A program made the position numbers and the translations under genes. Below the pieces are notes generated by a model, which ran no database searches, had not been told where the DNA came from, and was given only the letters and a program-made list of their open reading frames with translations. 64,000 nucleotides of DNA, from contig JAZDKW010000020.1 in the NCBI GenBank assembly GCA_043802665.1, forward strand, positions 7,036 to 71,035. Direction: 5' to 3'. The stretch's first letter is position 1, and each line of letters begins with the position of its first letter. Origin of the DNA: Patescibacteria group bacterium. Its GTDB lineage: Bacteria > Patescibacteriota > Kazan-3B-28 > UBA10110. Below, in pieces: positions 39,115-48,588 of this stretch.

Positions 39115-40686
39115 ATGAAAGCAAGATACATTATTATACCAGTAGCGGTAGTGGGAGCAATTGTGCTGACTATTTGGTTATTGGGCCGAGCATTAAATAA
39201 AACTCCCCAGTATGAATTATATGAAGTGCGTAAAGGGTCAGTAGCTAAGACTGTTTCTGTTTCAGGGTCAGTCATCAGTGACCAAAAATTTGAGTTAGGT
39301 TTTTTGTCCCCCGGTATTGTTCAAACAGTTAATGCAAAAGTTGGAGATATTGTAAAACAAGGAGATTTATTAGTAGCATTGGATACTAGTATTTTGCGCG
39401 AGCAAGCTAATCAAGCTAGGGCCAGTATAGCCGCGTCTAGTGCTATGCTGTCCAAATCTCGCAATGCTTTGCGCCCGCAAGATGTTACGGTATTAAATCG
39501 ATCTTTGGATAGTGCCAGAGTTGCTTTGAATACTGCCCAAAAAAATTTGCAGGATGCATATCGCACCAGGGATTTAGATATTAATAATTCTGTTGCTAGT
39601 TTAGCCACTGCTGAAACTGCTTACCAGAATGCCATTAATACTTACAACGCTCGCCAAGCTGTTATTGACCAATCGACAGTTAGTGCACAAGTGGCGCTAA
39701 ATAATGCTAGCAATGCTTTAAGTATCGCCCAATCTTCTTATAGTCAAGTTCTAAATTTGTATAATTATGGGCAAGCGACGATGTTTGATCTGCAACAAGC
39801 CCAGTTGGCATTAAATACTGCTAATAGTGGTTATCTGACTGCCCGATCTACTTATGACAATGTCATACAACAGGCTAATTTAGAGAAAGTATCAGCTAGC
39901 GCTAGTGTTAATAGTGCGCGAGCCCAGTTAGATAGTGCTCGGGCAATGTATAATTTTTCTCTTTCGGGTATTGATACAAAGATAAACAGCGCTCAAAATG
40001 CTTTGTCGGCTGCACAAGCCACTTACAATTTGGCGACTGCTCAATATCAGCAATCATTAGCGCCAGCTCATTTTGCAGATGTCGCATCAGCCTCTGCCCA
40101 AGTAGCTTCAGCTTCAGCTTCGTTGCGGGCCGTGCAAGCCCAAATTGATAAGGCTTATATCAAAGCACCAATTGACGGTATCATTACGGCAGTTAATGCT
40201 ACCGAACACGAAATTTCGCCAATGAGTGCGCCAGCCATAGTGTTGGAAACAGTCGGTGCTTATCAAATCGAGGCCTATATCTCCGAAGTGGATATCGAAA
40301 AGATTACCCCAGGAGCAGAAGCGCGCATTACTTTAGATGCGTTGCTTAATGTCGAGGCCCATGGCAATGTTGCGCAAATCGATCCAGCCGCCACTATTGT
40401 TTTGGGAGTAGTGAATTATAAAATTAATGTAGCAATTACTGATCAAATCGACCAATTAAAATCAGCCATGACGGCAGATTTAGAAATTTTGACTGAACAA
40501 CGCGATGATGTTTTATTTGTTCCGCGCAAGGCAGTTACTCGCTCAGAGGGCAAGTATTCAATTAAAGTTTTAGTTAATGATAAAGTTGAGGAACAAGAAG
40601 TACAAGTAGGTTTAGTGGGCGACAATGAATTAGAGATTTTAACTGGGTTAATCGAAGGCGATCGTATAGTGTTAAAAGAACTATAA
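39115..40686 (+). CDS. MacA-like efflux membrane fusion protein with long coiled coil
   Basis: VKQGDLL, IKAPIDGII, SEVDI, VVNYKI. Confidence 0.88.
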   Translation: MKARYIIIPVAVVGAIVLTIWLLGRALNKTPQYELYEVRKGSVAKTVSVSGSVISDQKFELGFLSPGIVQTVNAKVGDIVKQGDLLVALDTSILREQANQARASIAASSAMLSKSRNALRPQDVTVLNRSLDSARVALNTAQKNLQDAYRTRDLDINNSVASLATAETAYQNAINTYNARQAVIDQSTVSAQVALNNASNALSIAQSSYSQVLNLYNYGQATMFDLQQAQLALNTANSGYLTARSTYDNVIQQANLEKVSASASVNSARAQLDSARAMYNFSLSGIDTKINSAQNALSAAQATYNLATAQYQQSLAPAHFADVASASAQVASASASLRAVQAQIDKAYIKAPIDGIITAVNATEHEISPMSAPAIVLETVGAYQIEAYISEVDIEKITPGAEARITLDALLNVEAHGNVAQIDPAATIVLGVVNYKINVAITDQIDQLKSAMTADLEILTEQRDDVLFVPRKAVTRSEGKYSIKVLVNDKVEEQEVQVGLVGDNELEILTGLIEGDRIVLKEL

Positions 40687-40687
40687 A

Positions 40688-41401
40688 ATGACCAGCTTGG
40701 TGAATGTGCATGAATTGTACAAAGCCTATGGTAGTGGTGACACGCAGACTGAAGTTTTGAAAGGAGTGGGTTTAACCATTCAATCAGGTGAATTCGTAGC
40801 GATTATGGGACCATCTGGTTCGGGCAAATCAACCTTAATGCATATCTTGGGTTTATTGGATAAACCCACGAGTGGTACGTATGAATTGGATGGGGTAAGA
40901 ACTGATAGTTTATCCGAAGATCGTCTAGCAGAATTACGCAATCTTAAACTTGGATTCGTATTCCAATCGTTTAATTTATTAGCGCGGACGTCGGCTTTAG
41001 AAAATGTTGAGTTGCCTTTGATTTATAATAATAAATTTTCTTCTAGTGAACAGCGCAAAATTGCCGAACAAGCTCTGCAATCAGTCGGGTTAAGCCACCG
41101 TCTCAAATCATTTCCTAACCAGTTGTCTGGTGGTGAACAGCAAAGAGTAGCAATTGCACGAGCTTTAGTCAGCAACCCGCAAATTATTTTTGCCGATGAG
41201 CCTACTGGCAATTTAGATACTAAGACCAGCATTGAAATTATGGAAATTTTGAAGCATCTTCATCAGCAAGGTAAAACAATTATTTTAGTTACTCATGAAA
41301 CAGCTATCTCCAAATTTGCCGAGCGAATTATTAATATTCGTGATGGTTTGATTATTAACGATCAAACCAATAATCAATTTACTGATGAAACCATTAGTTA
41401 A
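40688..41401 (+). CDS. MacB/LolD-type ABC ATP-binding protein
   Basis: [27 protein letters not shown]. Confidence 0.94.
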   Translation: MTSLVNVHELYKAYGSGDTQTEVLKGVGLTIQSGEFVAIMGPSGSGKSTLMHILGLLDKPTSGTYELDGVRTDSLSEDRLAELRNLKLGFVFQSFNLLARTSALENVELPLIYNNKFSSSEQRKIAEQALQSVGLSHRLKSFPNQLSGGEQQRVAIARALVSNPQIIFADEPTGNLDTKTSIEIMEILKHLHQQGKTIILVTHETAISKFAERIINIRDGLIINDQTNNQFTDETIS

Positions 41402-42623
41402 TGTTAAATTAGCTCTGCATGCCTTGTGGATCAACAAAGTTAGATCTATTTTGACTTTATTGGGTATTGTTATAGGTATCTCTGCGGTTGTGATTATCGT
41501 GGCATCGGGAGAAGGTGTTCAACAATTTATTTTAAATCAATTCCAAGGCGTGGGTACAAATATAATTGGTATCACCCCAGGTGGCTCAGAAGGTGACCAG
41601 ATTGGTCCACCGGCTTCTGTGATGGGAGTAACAGTCACTACGTTAACCATGGATGATGTAGAGGCTTTGGGGGATCCTAGGAATGTACCAGATGTTATTG
41701 ATGTGGGTGCAGCTTCTTCGGCGGTTCAGGTAGTAGTCAAAGCCATTGATGGTGATATGATCACTAATGTTTTTGGGATCACTCCCAATTATTTTGATTT
41801 GATGAGTTTAGATTTCGCAGATGGGATATCTTTTGATGATGATGATGTTAAAACTTTAAATAAAATTGCGGTGTTGGGAGACACTATCAAAAAAGATTTG
41901 TTTGATGATGAAGAAGCTATAGGTAAAAAAGTCAGGCTTAAAAATAATAATTATCGTATTGTTGGAGTATTGGGTAAAAGCACTGGTTTTTCTTTTGGGA
42001 TGGATTATGGTAAATTCATTTTTGTGCCGGTAACCACCGCCCAAAAATTTTTGCTGGGTGTCGATTATCTTTATGAAGCCATGGTGAGAGTCGTGGATGA
42101 ATCACAAGTAGAAACAGCTCGTACTGATGTGGTAGAAACTTTACGTATACAACACGATATTGCCGAAGGCCAAGGTAGTGATTTTACCATTCGGACTATT
42201 CAAGATGCTATCGAAATTATTCGTTCGATTATGGGTGCGTTAACATTGTTTTTGGCCGCGATTGCTGGTATCTCATTGCTCGTTGGTGGTATTGGCATCA
42301 TGAATATTATGTTAGTTTCGGTAACTGAACGCACGCGAGAGATTGGTTTGCGTAAAGCCTTGGGTGCTCGTCGGCGGGATATTCTGTTACAATTTTTGTT
42401 CGAAGCAATTTTGTTGACTCTGATTGGCGGGCTAATCGGTTTTCTCGTTGGTATTTTAGGCGCATTTGGTGTTTCTCAGGTAGGGAATTGGGATTTTCGT
42501 ATTAGTTGGATAGCGATTGTGTTGCCTTTGGCGATGACAGCTGGATTTGGGATTGTTTTTGGCATGTATCCAGCCATTAAGGCTAGTAAATTAGATCCCA
42601 TCGTTGCCTTGCGATATGAATAA
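41385..42623 (+). CDS. MacB-type ABC permease
   Basis: RSILTLLGIVIG, GGIGIMNIMLVSVTERTREIGLRKALGA, ALRYE. Confidence 0.94.
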   Translation: MKPLVNVKLALHALWINKVRSILTLLGIVIGISAVVIIVASGEGVQQFILNQFQGVGTNIIGITPGGSEGDQIGPPASVMGVTVTTLTMDDVEALGDPRNVPDVIDVGAASSAVQVVVKAIDGDMITNVFGITPNYFDLMSLDFADGISFDDDDVKTLNKIAVLGDTIKKDLFDDEEAIGKKVRLKNNNYRIVGVLGKSTGFSFGMDYGKFIFVPVTTAQKFLLGVDYLYEAMVRVVDESQVETARTDVVETLRIQHDIAEGQGSDFTIRTIQDAIEIIRSIMGALTLFLAAIAGISLLVGGIGIMNIMLVSVTERTREIGLRKALGARRRDILLQFLFEAILLTLIGGLIGFLVGILGAFGVSQVGNWDFRISWIAIVLPLAMTAGFGIVFGMYPAIKASKLDPIVALRYE

Positions 42624-42678
42624 AATCAGCTTTACTTTTTGGTTAATTTCTTTAATATATAAAGAGTAAATTGAGACA

Positions 42679-42900
42679 ATGATAGGAAATATTTTGATGA
42701 TTGTACAGGTAGTTTTAGCCATTATATTAATGGTAAGTATTTTGGTTCAAGGTCGCGGGGCATCGTTGGGGGAGGCATTTGGCGGCAGCAGTTCTTTTTA
42801 CACTACGCGCCGTGGTGCGGAGCGGACATTGTTTGTTATTACGATTGTAGTAGCAGTTTTGTTTGTGGTGACTGCGTTGCTCAACCTCTTCTTTAAATAA
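42679..42900 (+). CDS. secG: Preprotein translocase subunit SecG
   Basis: ILVQ..GASLG.AFGG..TRRGAERTL. Confidence 0.9.
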   Translation: MIGNILMIVQVVLAIILMVSILVQGRGASLGEAFGGSSSFYTTRRGAERTLFVITIVVAVLFVVTALLNLFFK

Positions 42901-42966
42901 AGGGAGGTCAAAATTTTTAGGGTCAGGAAAAGGCTTAGCCAAGAATTACAACAGACTCACCAGCTT

Positions 42967-44673
42967 TTGCGCTGGCTATCTGGTAGTCATCGGGTTGGTT
43001 TTGTCGGAATAGCTTTGTTAAAGGTATTTGCTGGTAGATTTTCGCGGGCCGAAAAATTAATTATGGCTGGTTTGTTAGTGATGATTACAGTATCACTAGG
43101 AACGTTGGCAATTTGGCGAGATAACATAGGTACCGAGCAACCTCTTAAAGGTGGGGTATTTGTGGAAGGTGTGATTGGCAAACCGCAGATTATTAATCCT
43201 TTATATACCCGCGCGAATACTGTTGAAGGAGATCTTGTTAAATTGATTTTTGCTGGTTTAGTTAAAATCAATGCTTCCAGAGAATTTGAACCAGATTTAG
43301 CTGAGAATTGGGAAGTGCAGAACAAGGGCAAAACTTATTTATTTAAATTACGAGAAAATCTTAAATGGCAAGACGGCGAAAAAATTGATGCGGACGATGT
43401 TGTGTTTTCTATTCAAATTATGCAAAGCGAATCCTACACTGGCCCGTATCGGGCAGACTGGTTAAATACGGTTGTGGTTGCAGTCGATGACAGAACAGTC
43501 AAAATTGATTTGCCCGATCCTTCCACCTTCTTTTTAGCTAAAGCAACCATTGGTATTATCCCCTCACATTTATTTGCATTGTTGCCAGTGGCAGAAATTG
43601 GTGATCCAACTAACAATACTAAACCGATCGGAGCTGGCCCTTATCGTTTAGTACAATCATCTTTTGGGCAAGAAACTATTAATTTAGAGCCGAATCAATA
43701 TTATTATGCGGGCGCTCCCCTAATTGATAAAATCGTTTTTACTTCTTTCGATAGTCAAAAAGAATTACTAGTTGCATTAGCTAATGGCAATATTACTGCT
43801 GGTGGATTTTCTAATGATATCTCTGCTAGTGATCTTTTGCTCCCCAATCTGAATAAATATATTTATCCTTTGCCGCAGTATCGGGCTATTTTCTTTAATC
43901 AACTAGGTGATAATAAAATTTTGGCCGATATTAATGTGCGCCAAGCCTTAGCCTATGCCACCAACAAAGATAAAATTATTAAAGAAGTAGCGGGTGGTAA
44001 CGCCGAGATTGTTGATAGTCCAATCCTTGCTGGTTTTTGGGGGAATCTTCCAGATGTTGCTAAATATGATTACGATTTGGGGTCGGCTGCCAGTGTTTTA
44101 ACTAGAGCGGGATGGAAAGATATTGATGACGATAAAATTTTAGAAAACAATAAGCAAAAATTATCTTTTACGCTGACTTTTAAAGATGATAAAGCTAATA
44201 CTACGATGGCAAAAATTCTTCAAGAAGGTTGGCAAGCGATTGGCGCCGAGGTTAAATTAAATCCTGTAAATTCTAATGATTTGGTTAATACAATTATCCG
44301 TCCACGCAATTATGAGGTATTAATTTTTGGTCAAAGTTTAGGAGCTGATTCCGATCCGTATGCGTATTGGCACAGTAGTCAAACTGCTGACCCCGGCTTG
44401 GCTTTATCAGTAATGTACGACAAAGATATTGATAATCCTCTCGAAATGGCGCGCTTGTCTTCCGATTTAGGCCGAGCGATTAGTTACTATCATAATTTTC
44501 AAAATGCCTTTGCTAAAACTGTGCCAGCAATTTTGTTATATCAGCCAAATTATACTTATTTAGTAGATACAAAAGTTAAAGGTACAACAGCGTCAATTAA
44601 TATCAGCAGTACCTCTGACCGGTTTATGAATATTGAAAAGTGGTACATCCGCTCCAAAAAAACGATGAATTAA
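42967..44673 (+). CDS. Peptide ABC transporter substrate-binding protein (family 5); start uncertain
   Basis: PDLAE.W, WQDG..IDADDVVFS, PIGAGPY, VRQALAYA. Confidence 0.88.
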   Translation: MRWLSGSHRVGFVGIALLKVFAGRFSRAEKLIMAGLLVMITVSLGTLAIWRDNIGTEQPLKGGVFVEGVIGKPQIINPLYTRANTVEGDLVKLIFAGLVKINASREFEPDLAENWEVQNKGKTYLFKLRENLKWQDGEKIDADDVVFSIQIMQSESYTGPYRADWLNTVVVAVDDRTVKIDLPDPSTFFLAKATIGIIPSHLFALLPVAEIGDPTNNTKPIGAGPYRLVQSSFGQETINLEPNQYYYAGAPLIDKIVFTSFDSQKELLVALANGNITAGGFSNDISASDLLLPNLNKYIYPLPQYRAIFFNQLGDNKILADINVRQALAYATNKDKIIKEVAGGNAEIVDSPILAGFWGNLPDVAKYDYDLGSAASVLTRAGWKDIDDDKILENNKQKLSFTLTFKDDKANTTMAKILQEGWQAIGAEVKLNPVNSNDLVNTIIRPRNYEVLIFGQSLGADSDPYAYWHSSQTADPGLALSVMYDKDIDNPLEMARLSSDLGRAISYYHNFQNAFAKTVPAILLYQPNYTYLVDTKVKGTTASINISSTSDRFMNIEKWYIRSKKTMN

Positions 44674-44739
44674 TTGTTAGTACCGAGTATCTAATGGCAG
44701 GTGTTAGAATAAGATTATTCTAAGAGTGTGATGTAATAA

Positions 44740-45225
44740 TTATTTCTTTGGTTGTTTTTGTCTGCAATTTTTCCCCCTGTATGTTTCAGTTAAACTATGG
44801 CAGTTCGGGCAAAGAATTCTTAGATTTTTAATTCGATTATCGTGCCTGTCCCCATTAATGTGGTCTAACTCTAATGGCAAATGTCCGGTAGCACTACATT
44901 TAGCCCAGCCACATTGTTCACAATACATAGGTTTTAATTTGGCACTAAATAATCTTTTTTTAAGCTTGAAGCTTTGGAAGTTACTATTTTTAGTGAGAAT
45001 TTTATCTAGGGGAATGCGCGGTTTACCGATACCTTTCATGCCAGCATTCCAGCCTTTACCTCGAAAGTGTTGAATATCGAGATTAAATTCTTGAATATAT
45101 TTCTGAATCTGTTCATAATTGCCACCAGCAGGACGCAATCCTAGTTTTAGCAATACTTGGCGTATGCTAAAAGATTTTCGCACAGCTTGCCTCAATGCTT
45201 TTATTGTCCATTTTCTTTTACGCAT
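44740..45225 (-). CDS. HNH endonuclease
   Basis: CEQCG..LELDHINGDRHDNRIKNLRILCPNCHS; start MRKRKW 6 nt after TATAAT. Confidence 0.9.
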   Translation of the reverse strand: MRKRKWTIKALRQAVRKSFSIRQVLLKLGLRPAGGNYEQIQKYIQEFNLDIQHFRGKGWNAGMKGIGKPRIPLDKILTKNSNFQSFKLKKRLFSAKLKPMYCEQCGWAKCSATGHLPLELDHINGDRHDNRIKNLRILCPNCHSLTETYRGKNCRQKQPKK

Positions 45226-45285
45226 ATTATCATTATACGATAAGGGTAAAGGCATAAGTAATGCTATTTTTGTGCGTGTTCTATT

Positions 45286-45369
45286 TGGTGGGCAGAGTGG
45301 GACTCGAACCCACAAGCCTTGCGGCACAGCATTTTAAGTGCTGCGTGTATACCATTCCACCACCTGCCC
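45286..45369 (-). tRNA. tRNA-Leu(TAA)
   Basis: Cloverleaf with long variable arm, CT-TAA-AA loop, encoded CCA. Confidence 0.95.
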
Positions 45370-45383
45370 ATCAGGTATTTATG

Positions 45384-45460
45384 TGGAGCGGGAAACGGGA
45401 TTCAAACCCGCGACCTCTTCCTTGGCAAGGAAGCGCTCTAATCAACTGAGCTATTCCCGC
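45384..45460 (-). tRNA. tRNA-Gly(GCC)
   Basis: GCGGGAA/TTCCCGC acceptor, TT-GCC-AA loop, TCCA end. Confidence 0.95.
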
Positions 45461-45511
45461 AGAAAATCTATTCTTAATTTATCACATATTAATGCAGTCA
45501 AGATTTTATTC

Positions 45512-45554
45512 AATCAACCCCGAAGGGGCCCCGTTGGGGATGAGCTATTCCCGC
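45512..45554 (-). pseudogene. Duplicated 5' fragment of tRNA-Gly with 22-nt D-loop insertion
   Basis: GCGGGAATAGCTCA[TCCCCAACGGGGCCCCTTCGGG]GTTGATT. Confidence 0.7.
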
Positions 45555-45592
45555 GTAGCAGTTTAATAAAAAGTTTGAATAAAGAGATTGTG

Positions 45593-45886
45593 TGGTGCCG
45601 CGGGACGGGATCGGACCGCCGACGCATGCCTCTTCCGAAGCATTTGGACTATCTCATTCTCCATTTAGCAATGGAGATTGGGCGCTAATGTGGGATTATC
45701 GTTGGGACTCACCCACTAGTCTCTACACCTTCCTCGCTATCATATGCCCGGCGAGGCTTGGCTCGGGATTGTCAAACACATGGCGTGTGTTTGGTTTTCC
45801 CCGAATTCACCCAATTTTTCAATCCTAGTTACCTAGGAAAGCCCCGAAGATTCCAGGGCATCGCTCTACCACTGAGCTACCGCGGC
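45593..45886 (-). tRNA. tRNA-Phe(GAA) interrupted by a group I intron
   Basis: Exon 1 at 45886-45855 (ends ATGCCCT) and exon 2 at 45635-45593 (GAAGAGGCAT...ACCA) join to give a CT-GAA-GA loop. Confidence 0.92.
45636..45854 (-). ncRNA. Group I self-splicing intron, 219 nt, no ORF
   Basis: Exon-terminal U and intron-terminal G; IGS TCTTCGGGGC pairs both exons; P/Q/R/S-like cores AATTCGGGGAA, AATCCCGAGC, GTAGAGACTA, GATAGTCC. Confidence 0.9.
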
Positions 45887-46088
45887 AATATTTATTCACA
45901 CCAAAATAATATCAGCATTAAACCTATTTTTCAATGCCGTATCGGTAGAACAGAAAACTAGATTTCTAATTAACTGTTCCACAATTAGTTATAAAATAAA
46001 CCCTTGATCTTCGGGGGATTTTGGGTTGTGGTATAGGAGGAAAGTGGGTGTGGATATCACAGAAAGTGGCTCTGGGAGTATAATATTC

Positions 46089-46117
46089 TTGACAGGAACC
46101 TCAATTAGGAGTATGCT
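46089..46117 (+). promoter_or_regulatory. Sigma70 promoter upstream of array 2
   Basis: TTGACA-17 nt-TATGCT. Confidence 0.75.
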
Positions 46118-46788
46118 TAAATTATAAGGGTGATAAACAGATTTGGTTGATTCGGCAGATTAAAAATTAGGTCTAAGAGGAGAGACGCGAGATCGGCGTT
46201 ACGGATCACATTAGACCTGGGTCTAAATAATTTAGATCTAAGGAAGCTAGCAGAGGTCTGCTACGCGACTGCATGGCTAATGGCTACTAACTGTAAATAA
46301 TAAATTTTATCGTCATTCTGGCTTGTCCAGAATCGTATAAATAAAAGAGCAGTTGGGAGATCTCTTCTTTGGTAAAAATACGAACGAAGAGATCTCTTGA
46401 CTGCTTTTTTGTTTACCCCGTAGCTCCACTACTAGCGGATGGTATCGGGGTTTAGTCGCAGGAGACGCATTCTGTTTGTCATCCTGAGCGGATCCGCCAG
46501 TTGGCGGAGGAGTCGAAGGATCTGTCTGTAAGATCCTGACCTGTGCCAGCATGACTGAATTGAAAAATTGTTTAGTCGCAGGAGACGCGAAGAGGAGAAA
46601 TATAAATGGGGAATCCAGGCACATAATTATGTAGGCCTAGGTAATTTCTCTCAAGCACTCATCTTCGCATCTCCTCTGATTATGTTATTCGTCATCCTGA
46701 ACTTGTTTCAGGATCTCAGATATCACATCGGAGAGAACATTTGAAAAAATCTGGTGACGCAATGTCGCCATTCCCTGGGAGGGGAAAA

Positions 46789-46938
46789 ATGGAAGAGAAA
46801 GACGGACAAGAAACTCAACAAAGTACTTCTGATGATTCGACGGGCACGACGGATTCGTTCGATGGTGATCGGTCGTGGGACACAGACCGCAATAACCACC
46901 GGTTACCCCTTGGGAATGGGGGGTATGTGTTCGCATAA
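46789..46938 (+). CDS. Possible small acidic protein (49 aa)
   Basis: GGAGG RBS, boxA-like motif upstream, hairpin downstream. Confidence 0.4.
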   Translation: MEEKDGQETQQSTSDDSTGTTDSFDGDRSWDTDRNNHRLPLGNGGYVFA

Positions 46939-47394
46939 AACGGCTAGGGGAGAGCCATCAATCTCCCCAAAATCTTTCTTTGCGGATTCTGGCATTTCGG
47001 GTCGAATCTGCAGGGGTTCGACAATGATCGGACGAAACTTTCCCTAACGGGAAATGATTAACAATATCTCTGAGCCCTCAGCCTCTGCGTAGAGATACGG
47101 ATTGGCGCTATAGGGCAAGTGGAATCGGTCGGACTGCCACTTTAAATAAAGAATCCGAAAATGGGAGAGCTCTGTTGCTGGACACGCATTACCCAGCAAA
47201 CCATCTCTCCCCCTCTTCTGAGTTTGTTACTTCGATAAGATAAAGTAGCAACTTCAGATGAGGGCTTGCTCTCAAAACGAATCTTGAAAATTAAATTCAA
47301 TCCAACTCTTGTAGAGAGCAATTTGGGTATAAATTATTTTCTGAAATGTTCGTATCCAAGTTGCTCTCTAAGAAGAGCAAAGGAGGCATGTCAA

Positions 47395-48588
47395 ATGCCT
47401 AAATTAATTAAGGTCGCCATTGGTGGCCCACCGAAATCCGGCACGACATGCTTTCTTGCCGGGTTATGCGAAAACCTTCCGAGGTTTTCGCGCTATCTCT
47501 TCCGGGCTTGCCCGGACGGAGAGGGAACTTGGACTTACAGGTCCGAGGCCTCTGCCAAGTATCGTCGCAAGGGGCAGTTCGCCCCGGGGCTGGTTGACTG
47601 GTACTGCCAGTCGCTAGCCAAGTGCGTGATGGCCCCGATCGTCCTCGTGGACATCGGTGGCCGTTGCTCTGATGAGAATTCCCGAATCCTTCGCGAAGGC
47701 GGAGTACAATTCGGGATAATCCTTTCCCCATCTCTGGAAGCAATTCCAGAATGGGAGAGATTTTTCCGCTCTTGCGGAGTGGAAGTAATCGCTCGAGTAA
47801 TCAGCGATTACAACGGCACTGATGACATTACTATTGATGCCGACCCGATGGTCGTGCATCATCTTGATCGGGAGGTAAGCGCAGAGGAATTGGCAACTCG
47901 GCCAACCATTCAGAAGGTGGCTGAAATTATTTTGGGGTTGATCGCCCCGGAGGAAACAGAAATGAACATTCTTTCTTCATTGATTACTCCCGACGGGGTC
48001 ATCACGGTTGCCGCTCTTGCGGCCGCCCTCGGTAAGACTGCAGTTGAAAGGGCTTTGCCGAATGGCAAAGTCATCCCCCAGATCGTCTGGGAGGGTGCGG
48101 ACTTGGTCCGCATCGCCGAGCTCCTGCACAACCGCTCGGCAGAAATGCCGGAAGTTGTGAGGATCGACGGCCCCGCTCCGGCGTGGCTCGTTGCGTCGCT
48201 CACTCACGAGTGCCATCCGCGGATGGTGGCATTGAATAGTGCTGACGGATTCGTCAATGTTGGGTGCCGCCGGCCTTCCGGCGGCGGCGAGGGGATCAAC
48301 TTCAAGGTTGAGACCCGTCCCGACGACTGGAAAGTCGTCACATTCGAGCTGGACCCCTCGGTCCCGCTCTCTCCGGCCGATCTTGACCGGATTGCCCCAC
48401 CTGACCTGGGCACCCTTGACTCGAAAGTAGTCCTTTCGGGTCGGGGGCCAAACTGGCTCTTTGCCAGTTTGGCCTTGGCATACCACGGCCGCGCCGGGGC
48501 CGTGGCCCGCTTCCAGCCGGGGACTGGTAGCACGGTCGTCTGGACCCACACTCAGAGTGTGGTACTCGGGGATAATATCCCTGAGTAA
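47395..48588 (+). CDS. P-loop NTPase fused to tandem Csx3/Crn3 ring-nuclease-like domains
   Basis: GGPPKSGTT, RACPDGEG.W, LVDIGG; then DGPAPAWL..THECH and LSGRGPNWL..VVWTH; GGAGG RBS 8 nt before ATG 47395. Confidence 0.75.
   Translation: MPKLIKVAIGGPPKSGTTCFLAGLCENLPRFSRYLFRACPDGEGTWTYRSEASAKYRRKGQFAPGLVDWYCQSLAKCVMAPIVLVDIGGRCSDENSRILREGGVQFGIILSPSLEAIPEWERFFRSCGVEVIARVISDYNGTDDITIDADPMVVHHLDREVSAEELATRPTIQKVAEIILGLIAPEETEMNILSSLITPDGVITVAALAAALGKTAVERALPNGKVIPQIVWEGADLVRIAELLHNRSAEMPEVVRIDGPAPAWLVASLTHECHPRMVALNSADGFVNVGCRRPSGGGEGINFKVETRPDDWKVVTFELDPSVPLSPADLDRIAPPDLGTLDSKVVLSGRGPNWLFASLALAYHGRAGAVARFQPGTGSTVVWTHTQSVVLGDNIPE

Noticed and set aside
44740-45327. 195-aa version of the HNH ORF
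   Set aside because: The extension overlaps tRNA-Leu; ATG 45225 has a -10 box at leaderless spacing.
45261-45961. Plus-strand ORFs over the tRNA cluster
   Set aside because: Antisense to tRNAs and the intron; ORFs at 51366, 52104, 52249 and 52337 likewise overlap tRNAs.
46980-47210. tmRNA or RNase P RNA
   Set aside because: No tRNA-like acceptor ends or tag ORF, and no GAGGAAAGTCC core.
47266-47394. N-terminal extension of the Csx3-like gene
   Set aside because: It runs through the structured leader; the GGAGG site supports ATG 47395.
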